In this document: in pieces, positions 25,053 to 32,000 of the stretch
Layout: each line of letters opens with the position of its first letter
Position numbering within the stretch: position 1 is the first letter of the stretch
Assembly: GCF_013248905.1 (NCBI RefSeq)
Contig: NZ_JABRVS010000001.1
Span: 2,927,273 to 2,959,272 of the forward strand
Length of the DNA stretch: 32,000 nt
Direction: 5' to 3'
From: Shewanella sp. VB17
GTDB taxonomy: Bacteria; Pseudomonadota; Gammaproteobacteria; Enterobacterales; Shewanellaceae
Made by a program: the position numbers and the translations under genes
The notes under the pieces: model-generated
The model's database searches: none
Told to the model about the DNA's origin: nothing
The model's input: the letters and a program-made list of their open reading frames with translations, nothing else

Positions 25053-27427
25053 AAACGAACCCTTAACAGTCGTAAACTATTCGCGACAACAATGAGTGAA
25101 CTGGCGGACATGCCTAAAGCAGCAATATAGGGTAATACATGGCCTGTTACTGCCAAGGGGATTATAAACAGGTTATATCCTAGTGCCCAATATAAATTCT
25201 GTTTTATTATTTTATCAGTCAATTTTGCCACGTATATTGCATCATTGAAACGTGATAATTGATCACCAAGTAAAATAAGATCGGCACTGTTTTTCGTAAC
25301 CGCTGAGCCACTGCCCATGGCAACTGACAAGTTCGCACCTGCAAGTACGGGGGCATCGTTAATACCATCGCCAAACATGGCAATAGAGTATTGAGTTTGT
25401 AATGTGTGGATCAGTGTTAATTTGTCTTCTGGCTTAAGTCCTTTATACACATTCGAGACGGCTATTTTTTTGGCGATCTGATCAACATGTATCGAAGAAT
25501 CACCGCTGGCAATGCTGATTTCATAGCCATTTTTCTTCAGCGTATTAATGGTGTCGACGGCATCTTCTCTTATCGCATCGACAAGCGTAAATTGAGCCAG
25601 TAGTTCACCTCCTTTGGCTAAATAGACAGCTTGAGTTTGGGTATTATCAACACCCATAAATTGAGCGCTGCCTATTTGATATTCAATTCCATTGATCATC
25701 CCTGTTAAGCCTTCACCCACCAGACTTTGCTGATTGTTAGCTTGATAGGCGCTATTTTTGTATGGCTCAAAGGCATGAGCAATAGGATGTAACGAAGCGC
25801 TTTCCAAAGCTGCAGCAATAGACAATGCCTCTTCACGATTAATATCACTAAAAAGAGTAATATGATCAATAGTGAGTGCGCCGCAGGTGAGGGTGCCTGT
25901 TTTATCAAATACGACATGATCTATCTTAATCAGTTTCTCAAATACACCTGGTTTTCGTACTATTACGCCCATACGAGTAAATATACCTGTTGCACAAGTC
26001 ACCGCCGTGGGTGTTGCCAACGCAAGTGCACAAGGACAAGTGGCAACCAATATTGCTAACGTGACCCAAAAGGCATCTTCAGGCCAGTAGATACGCCAAA
26101 CGATAAAAGTTAATATTGAGATAGCTAAAATAGCCCAAGTGAAATAGTTTGATATTACATCAACATACAGCGCTACTTTAGGTTTATTATTCGAGGCTGT
26201 TTCTTGTAAACGAATGATCCCAGAGACTAATTGGTCTTGCCCTATCGCTGAAATTTCAACCTTAATAGGGTGTTCAATATTAATGGTGCCAGCATAGACA
26301 GGTTGATTTAAGGACTTGATGACAGGGAGCTGTTCGCCTGTCAGCATAGCTTCATTAAGACTCGATTGGCCCTCAATGATCACACCGTCAGCCGCGACGA
26401 TGTCACCCGGTTTAACTAAAATAATGTCCCCAAGATTAAGCTGCTTTGCTGGTACCTCTTTATTGCCAGTGCTGGTGATCAGCTGAGCAATAATAGGGAC
26501 CAATTTGTGCAAATTACTGGCACTCACGGAGGCTTTTTGTCTCGCATTTTGTTCCAAATAACGGCCAAATAAAAGAAAGAAAGTAAACATGCTCACAGAC
26601 TCAAAATACACTTCACCTGTGCCATTAATAGTGGCAATGCAGCTGGCAATATAAGCCCCTAATAGGGCAATTGACACAGAAACATCCATATTTAAGCGTC
26701 CACTGAATATTGAACGAATAGCACTAAAATAAAAGGGCTGGGCAGAATAAAAGACGACTGGAGCTGCAAATATCATGCTGACCCATCTAAAGTAATCTCG
26801 GTATTCGACATCAAGATCGCTAAAAAAATCGGCATAGAGGGCAAGGGCAAACATCATTACCTGCATGGTTGCAAAGCCAGCTAGCCCGAGTCTTAGCAAA
26901 AATTTACGGCTATTTTCTTTACTTTGTTTTTCTTGTTCGTCCACTTGGTAGGGGGCTGCTCGATAGCCTATTTCACTGATATGCTTAAGGATGTCACTCA
27001 GCTTGATTTTATTTGAAGTCCAACAAACCTGAGCGCGCTCTGTGGTCGTGTTGACTTGTATTGATGTGATACCTGCAACATGTTTCAGTTTATGCTCAAT
27101 TAACCAGGCACATGCTGCGCATGTTATTCCATCGATTGATAGGGATACCGAGGAAATGTCATTGTGGTTATAAACAAAATCTTGTTGGATTTCAGGAAGG
27201 TCAAATGCTGAAAAAGAACTCAATTCATCGGGGATCAGTGCCGTTTTTTTACTGCCTGTTTCCGTTCGATATTGGTAGTAGTCGCTCAACCCTGCATCTA
27301 TAATGGTTTGTGAGACAGCTTGACAACCAGGGCAACACATTCGCTCATGGTTATTATTGATACATGTGGTAAATTGAGAACCGGTTAACACGGGTTCCCC
27401 ACAATGGAAACAATCACAGTACTTCAT
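25049..27427 (-). CDS. ccoI: copper-translocating P1B-type ATPase CcoI/FixI
   Basis: 792 aa with an N-terminal Cys-rich region, HMA domain (GITCAACAW), CPC transmembrane motif, DKTGTLT phosphorylation site and GDGINDAP hinge. Confidence 0.9.
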   Translation of the reverse strand: MKYCDCFHCGEPVLTGSQFTTCINNNHERMCCPGCQAVSQTIIDAGLSDYYQYRTETGSKKTALIPDELSSFSAFDLPEIQQDFVYNHNDISSVSLSIDGITCAACAWLIEHKLKHVAGITSIQVNTTTERAQVCWTSNKIKLSDILKHISEIGYRAAPYQVDEQEKQSKENSRKFLLRLGLAGFATMQVMMFALALYADFFSDLDVEYRDYFRWVSMIFAAPVVFYSAQPFYFSAIRSIFSGRLNMDVSVSIALLGAYIASCIATINGTGEVYFESVSMFTFFLLFGRYLEQNARQKASVSASNLHKLVPIIAQLITSTGNKEVPAKQLNLGDIILVKPGDIVAADGVIIEGQSSLNEAMLTGEQLPVIKSLNQPVYAGTINIEHPIKVEISAIGQDQLVSGIIRLQETASNNKPKVALYVDVISNYFTWAILAISILTFIVWRIYWPEDAFWVTLAILVATCPCALALATPTAVTCATGIFTRMGVIVRKPGVFEKLIKIDHVVFDKTGTLTCGALTIDHITLFSDINREEALSIAAALESASLHPIAHAFEPYKNSAYQANNQQSLVGEGLTGMINGIEYQIGSAQFMGVDNTQTQAVYLAKGGELLAQFTLVDAIREDAVDTINTLKKNGYEISIASGDSSIHVDQIAKKIAVSNVYKGLKPEDKLTLIHTLQTQYSIAMFGDGINDAPVLAGANLSVAMGSGSAVTKNSADLILLGDQLSRFNDAIYVAKLTDKIIKQNLYWALGYNLFIIPLAVTGHVLPYIAALGMSASSLIVVANSLRLLRVRL

Positions 27428-27498
27428 CGTTAATTGAGTTCTACCTGTATTATACCGCGTTCAAATTGAGTAGGTTAGCCCACTCTTACGTGTACCCT

Positions 27499-27978
27499 TT
27501 AATTTAACCAATATTCAGTATCATCGGTTATTTGCAAACGTTTTTGGATCCGCCAGCTTTGATCATAACCTTCGATCCTCACTTCCCATGCTCCAGTAAT
27601 GGGCTTAGCCAGTGCAATACGGTAAGCACTATCACCATCAGCAGTAACAATTTGTTTAAAATCTCGGGCTTCTATTGTTGGGTGAAAAAATTCAACATGT
27701 AATGCCGCTAAATACGCATCGCCTCCGTGTTGAGTGATCGTTAATTGATTATCATTGACCTCTAGTTGAAACTGCATGCCAAGTTGCTGGGCATGCTTGA
27801 TTTTCTTGAGGTCCATGTTGATGCGTTTACCATCTTTATAATAATCTTCAGACACAAGCGCATCTTGATTGACGATGGCGAGATAGAGTAGGTTAATACT
27901 TGCCGCAACCGCACACAAAGGCAAGATAATAAGGAACCAAGGCCAGAACTGCTTATACCAGGCTTGAGGGTGTTTCAT
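27499..27978 (-). CDS. ccoH: FixH/CcoH family cbb3 oxidase assembly protein
   Basis: 159 aa with an N-terminal TM (WYKQFWPWFLIILPL). Positioned between ccoP and ccoI. Confidence 0.75.
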   Translation of the reverse strand: MKHPQAWYKQFWPWFLIILPLCAVAASINLLYLAIVNQDALVSEDYYKDGKRINMDLKKIKHAQQLGMQFQLEVNDNQLTITQHGGDAYLAALHVEFFHPTIEARDFKQIVTADGDSAYRIALAKPITGAWEVRIEGYDQSWRIQKRLQITDDTEYWLN

Positions 27979-28039
27979 GTTAAATACCTATGAGAAAATT
28001 GATGATCAGTTTAACGTTAAAAATGTGATTTATCACTTT

Positions 28040-28070
28040 AAAAAAAAGGCCTCGATATGATCGAGGCCTT
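28040..28070 (-). terminator. rho-independent terminator of ccoNOQP
   Basis: AAGGCCTCGA / TCGAGGCCTT stem with a 5-nt loop, followed on the minus strand by a T8 run (plus-strand A run at 28041-28047). Confidence 0.75.
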
Positions 28071-28088
28071 CTTATCACTTATTCATAA

Positions 28089-29060
28089 CTACTTGTGTGA
28101 CAAGCTATAAACATAAGCTGTGATCACGTGAACTTTTTCTTCACCTAACACATCTTTCCAAGCTGGCATAACACCACTACGACCATTCTTGATGGTCTGC
28201 TCAATGGTGCCACGACTGCCGCCATACAACCAGATGTTATTGGTTAAGTTGGGGGCACCCATAAACTTATTGCCTGTTGCATCCATACCATGGCAAGCAA
28301 AACAGCCTTTCATAAATGACCCTTGACCTTGTGCAGCGAGGGCTTCGTCGTGTTCCCGACCTGCTAGCTTAGTCACATATTCAGCTAGACCTTTGATCTC
28401 ACTGTCCTCGATTGGCAAACCACCTTTTGGTGGCATCATGCCATGACGTCCATTCATGATTGTTGTTTTAATCGTGGCAAGCTCACCACCATATAGCCAA
28501 TCATCATCAGTGAGGTTAGGGAAGCCTTTGCTACCACGAGCATCACTGCCATGACATTGAGAACAATTTTGTAAGAACAAGCGTCCACCCACTTTAAGAG
28601 CTTCTTTGTTCTTCACTAATTCTTCAAGCGGGGTTTCAGCATAAGCTTTAAAGATCGGACCGAATTTTTCGTCGGCACGTTCTACTTCTTGATCATACTG
28701 AACCCAACGACCTTCTTTGGTTGCCAATTCAATCGCGGCAACAGAATCAGCCTTAATGCCTTTTTCAGTCCCTATTCCTTGGTTAGAACTAGTCCAGCCT
28801 AAAAGGCCTTTATAGTTACCTAAACCTGGATAAAGCGCTAAGTAAATCACGCCAAACACAATGGTTAAGTAGAACATATAACTCCACCATTTAGGCAGTG
28901 GGTTATTTAGTTCTTCAATACCGTCAAAGCTATGGCCCATTGATTCGCCTTCTTCAACACCAGTGGTGTTTTTTGAGACGAGTCGTAATAGGATAAAACA
29001 CCCTGCGATTACCACAATAGTGAGTACGGTAATCCATATACTCCAGAAGCTTGTCATCAC
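28089..29060 (-). CDS. ccoP: cytochrome c oxidase cbb3-type subunit III (diheme)
   Basis: 323 aa with an N-terminal TM and two CxxCH motifs (CSQCH, CFACH). The start is GTG 29060 or ATG 29057. Confidence 0.92.
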   Translation of the reverse strand: MMTSFWSIWITVLTIVVIAGCFILLRLVSKNTTGVEEGESMGHSFDGIEELNNPLPKWWSYMFYLTIVFGVIYLALYPGLGNYKGLLGWTSSNQGIGTEKGIKADSVAAIELATKEGRWVQYDQEVERADEKFGPIFKAYAETPLEELVKNKEALKVGGRLFLQNCSQCHGSDARGSKGFPNLTDDDWLYGGELATIKTTIMNGRHGMMPPKGGLPIEDSEIKGLAEYVTKLAGREHDEALAAQGQGSFMKGCFACHGMDATGNKFMGAPNLTNNIWLYGGSRGTIEQTIKNGRSGVMPAWKDVLGEEKVHVITAYVYSLSHK

Positions 29061-29224
29061 TTGTTTTCTCCTGAACCCTTGTTATCTTCATCATCTGAAA
29101 AAACAAGGTTAGCCGCTTCGTCAAATTGGTCCTTACGACGAGAGCTGTAAGCCCATGCAAATATACCGATAAAGGTTAACATCACGACAAGAGTAATAAT
29201 GCCTTGTATTGTTCCGTAATCCAT
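29057..29224 (-). CDS. ccoQ: cbb3-type cytochrome oxidase subunit CcoQ
   Basis: 55-codon ORF below the track cutoff, translated by hand: MDYGTIQGIITLVVMLTFIGIFAWAYSSRRKDQFDEAANLVFSDDEDNKGSGENK. Its stop TGA overlaps the ccoP ATG. Confidence 0.8.
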   Translation of the reverse strand: MDYGTIQGIITLVVMLTFIGIFAWAYSSRRKDQFDEAANLVFSDDEDNKGSGENK

Positions 29225-29239
29225 ATAATTGCCTCCTAG

Positions 29240-29869
29240 TTATTTCAGTGCATGCCCAAGGGACTGCAAATAAGCGATGAGTGCTTGCAGTTCAGTTTTA
29301 CCCTCAACCGCTTTTTGTGCACCTGTAATTTCTTCATCGGTATAAAGGTCTTTACCTTTATTGCCCCCTTTATGAAGGCTACGCAAGATATCCATTTTTT
29401 TGCCTGTTAACTCGCCGTCAAGCTTGTTTTCAGCCAACCAAGGGAAACCAGGCATATTCGATTGTGGTACAACAGCACGAGGATCAATCAAATGAACTTC
29501 ATGCCATTTATCACTGTATCGACCGCCAACACGAGCCAAATCTGGTCCGGTACGTTTCGAACCCCATTGGAAAGGATGATCCCACACAGACTCCCCAGCA
29601 ACAGAATAATGGCCATAACGCTCAGTTTCAGCTCGTAAAGGACGGATCATTTGACTGTGGCAGTTATAACATCCTTCACGAACATAGATATCACGTCCTT
29701 CAATTTGCAAAGCTGTGTATGGAATTAACCCATCGACAGGCTCAGTGGTATCTTTTTGAAAAAGTAACGGAGTGATCTGTACTAATCCGCCAAAACTAAT
29801 AGCAATAACCGTTAAGATCCCCAGAAGGCCGATGTTTTTTTCAACTAACTCATGATTAAATTTCATCAA
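29240..29869 (-). CDS. ccoO: cytochrome c oxidase cbb3-type subunit II (monoheme)
   Basis: 209 aa with a single CYNCH heme motif and the conserved [22 protein letters not shown] block. Confidence 0.93.
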   Translation of the reverse strand: MMKFNHELVEKNIGLLGILTVIAISFGGLVQITPLLFQKDTTEPVDGLIPYTALQIEGRDIYVREGCYNCHSQMIRPLRAETERYGHYSVAGESVWDHPFQWGSKRTGPDLARVGGRYSDKWHEVHLIDPRAVVPQSNMPGFPWLAENKLDGELTGKKMDILRSLHKGGNKGKDLYTDEEITGAQKAVEGKTELQALIAYLQSLGHALK

Positions 29870-29878
29870 CTCTTCCCC

Positions 29879-31303
29879 TTATGCTTCTGCTAATGCAGGC
29901 AAAGATTCTTTCGGCGCTTTTACTGTCTTAAATACGTTATATGCCATGATTAGCATACCCGTTACAAAGAAACAGCCACCGAGGAATCGTACAAAGTAGA
30001 ATGGGTACGAAGCTTGAATACTTTCAACGAAGCTATAAGTCAAAGTTCCGTCAGAGTTAACTGCGCGCCACATGAGACCTTGCATCACACCAGAGATCCA
30101 CATCGAGACGATATACAGTACAGTCCCAATCGTCGCTAACCAAAAATGAATGTTAACCAACTTGGTACTGTACATACGACCATGACCATAAAGAACAGGG
30201 ATCAAGTGGTAAAGTGAGCCTATTGATATCATTGCAACCCAGCCTAATGCACCAGAATGGACGTGACCAATTGTCCAATCAGTATAGTGGGAAAGGGCAT
30301 TGACGGTTTTAATTGCCATCATCGGGCCTTCGAAGGTAGACATACCATAGAAAGACAATGAAACAACAAGAAAGCGAAGCACAGGATCCGTTCTTAATTT
30401 ATGCCAAGCACCAGATAACGTCATGATACCATTTATCATACCGCCCCAAGAAGGAGCAAATAGAATAAGAGACATCACCATACCAAGAGACTGTGTCCAA
30501 TCAGGAAGAGCCGTATAGTGGAGGTGATGAGGACCCGCCCAAATATACAGCGCGATGAGCGCCCAAAAGTGAACAATCGACAAACGGTAAGAGTAAACAG
30601 GGCGACCGGCTTGTTTAGGGACGAAGTAGTACATCATGCCTAAAAAGCCTGCAGTCAGTAGAAATCCTACTGCATTGTGACCATACCACCACTGTACCAT
30701 GGCATCCACAGCGCCAGCATACAAAGAGTAAGACTTCCATAGACTTACAGGGACAGACATTGAATTCACGATGTGCAGCACTGCGACCGTGATAATGAAG
30801 GCGCCAAAGAACCAGTTCGCCACATAAATATGCGAGGTCGTTCGTTTAGCGATTGTCCCGAAAAAGACCACCGCATAGCTGACCCAAACCAAGGTAATAG
30901 CGATGTCGATAGGCCATTCAAGTTCAGCGTATTCTTTACCGCTGGTAATACCTAAAGGCAGGGTTATCGCTGCAGACAAAATAATGGCTTGCCAGCCCCA
31001 GAAGGTAAATGCTGCCAACCTAGGTGCAAATAACTTGGTTTGGCAGGTGCGTTGGACGATATAATAGGATGTTGCAAAAAGCGCTGAAGTACCAAACGCG
31101 AAAATCACGGCATTAGTATGCAGAGGTCTAAGACGACTGTATGTTAACCATGGAGTATCGAAGTTTAGTTGTGGCCAGATTAACTGAGCCGCGATCAATA
31201 CACCGACTGACATGCCAAATATTCCCCACAAAACGGTGGTGAGGGCAAATTGACGAACAACGGTGTAATTGTAATCAGCGCCTTGAGGCTGGGAATGGTT
31301 CAT
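29879..31303 (-). CDS. ccoN: cytochrome c oxidase cbb3-type subunit I
   Basis: 474 aa, 12+ TM heme-copper oxidase ([26 protein letters not shown]). Confidence 0.95.
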   Translation of the reverse strand: MNHSQPQGADYNYTVVRQFALTTVLWGIFGMSVGVLIAAQLIWPQLNFDTPWLTYSRLRPLHTNAVIFAFGTSALFATSYYIVQRTCQTKLFAPRLAAFTFWGWQAIILSAAITLPLGITSGKEYAELEWPIDIAITLVWVSYAVVFFGTIAKRTTSHIYVANWFFGAFIITVAVLHIVNSMSVPVSLWKSYSLYAGAVDAMVQWWYGHNAVGFLLTAGFLGMMYYFVPKQAGRPVYSYRLSIVHFWALIALYIWAGPHHLHYTALPDWTQSLGMVMSLILFAPSWGGMINGIMTLSGAWHKLRTDPVLRFLVVSLSFYGMSTFEGPMMAIKTVNALSHYTDWTIGHVHSGALGWVAMISIGSLYHLIPVLYGHGRMYSTKLVNIHFWLATIGTVLYIVSMWISGVMQGLMWRAVNSDGTLTYSFVESIQASYPFYFVRFLGGCFFVTGMLIMAYNVFKTVKAPKESLPALAEA

Positions 31304-31506
31304 TTTATTGCTTCCACTGCTTATTACTTATACTTAATTTGTGAGTAAAATAAATCTTTACCCGATAAAATGACATGACATTATATTCACTATGAAATAT
31401 AACAGACAATGGCAATGTATTGCCTTGTGATTTTGTTATGTTTACAAGGTAATATAATGATACTTGAGGTATGTCAAAAAAGATAGGAATTGTAGGATCT
31501 TAAATG

Positions 31507-31520
31507 TTGATCTAGATCAA
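31507..31520. promoter_or_regulatory. perfect FNR/ANR box
   Basis: TTGAT-CTAG-ATCAA, about 200 bp upstream of ccoN and about 50 bp upstream of the divergent partial gene. Confidence 0.7.
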
Positions 31521-31566
31521 CCTACTCAATAGAATGCATGATAATTTTAATTAAAGGTAAATACTT

Positions 31567-32000
31567 GTGCGGTTTGTCAAACTTCTCTCTAAATATCGAT
31601 ATTTCCAGCCATTAATCATTGCCTTTTTACTGGTAAGCTGCTCACCAGCCCCCCTAAAGCCTATTATTGCGACGATAAAAGATGACTCACTGTGCCAGTT
31701 TACTCAAGGCTATTGTGAGCAAACGGTTGATGATGTCATCATTAAACTGCTTATTACACCTATAAATACCCCGAGCGAAAAACCATTAACGGTTAATTTA
31801 ATGAGCTCAGAGATAATCAGCGACATAAATATCCGCATCGAAGGCAGAGATATGTTTATGGGGATTATCCCAATAGTGTTAAATCGTATTACTGATTATC
31901 AATATGGTGGACAATTAATATATGGCTCGTGCAGTAGTCATTACATGGTGTGGCGCGCGATAGTCTCTTTTACTTTACGTGGCCAAACCAAGATTGTTAT
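31567..32000 (+). CDS. hypothetical lipoprotein (partial, runs off the window end)
   Basis: Open frame from GTG 31567 (AAGG 9 nt upstream) to the window edge: VRFVKLLSKYRYFQPLIIAFLLVSCSPAP... with the lipobox LLVSC. Absent from the ORF track because no stop lies inside the window. Confidence 0.5.
   Translation, partial: MRFVKLLSKYRYFQPLIIAFLLVSCSPAPLKPIIATIKDDSLCQFTQGYCEQTVDDVIIKLLITPINTPSEKPLTVNLMSSEIISDINIRIEGRDMFMGIIPIVLNRITDYQYGGQLIYGSCSSHYMVWRAIVSFTLRGQTKIV

Noticed and set aside
28954-29160. 68-aa minus-strand ORF in the ccoP/ccoQ region
   Set aside because: It is in the wrong frame. The real small gene is ccoQ at 29057-29224 (55 aa, typical single-TM CcoQ sequence), which falls below the track cutoff.
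1-32000. CRISPR arrays, IS elements, integron attC sites and toxin-antitoxin or other defence operons
   Set aside because: No regularly spaced direct repeats, transposase-like ORFs or terminal inverted repeats were seen. All multi-gene clusters are explained by housekeeping functions, apart from the tus/recombinase cassette.

Overview
AT-rich (about 38-40% GC by eye) chromosomal segment from a marine-type gammaproteobacterium. Gene content and order look Vibrionales/Alteromonadales-like, but the genus cannot be resolved from sequence alone. Most of the window is housekeeping: rmf-fabA-lon-like protease, an RND efflux pair, two GAPDH paralogs, a glyW-cysT-leuZ-type tRNA operon, aspC, a YvcK/YbhK-like gene, bax, ttcA, uspE, fnr, and the cbb3 oxidase cluster ccoNOQP plus ccoH-ccoI-ccoS. 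The stand-out is a 3.2-kb insert between uspE and fnr (20214-23374). It holds a divergent Tus homologue, a 182-aa protein with a ribbon-helix-helix C-terminus (MatP-like linker), an overlapping Cre-family tyrosine recombinase with a complete catalytic set, and a perfect 16-6-16 palindrome (21540-21577). The palindrome arms match the XerD arm of dif at 9/11 positions, and two in-phase repeats bracket it. I read this as a candidate compact replication-terminus module: fork arrest, Ter-DNA binding and single-recombinase dimer resolution. This is a hypothesis that needs whole-genome skew analysis, a search for xerCD/dif, and recombination assays. Secondary observations are a decaying AraC-type regulator plus a frameshifted hydrolase next to a tRNA-like fragment (2850-4617), a perfect FNR box upstream of ccoN, and small regulatory palindromes. 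No CRISPR array, transposase or obvious defence genes were seen.
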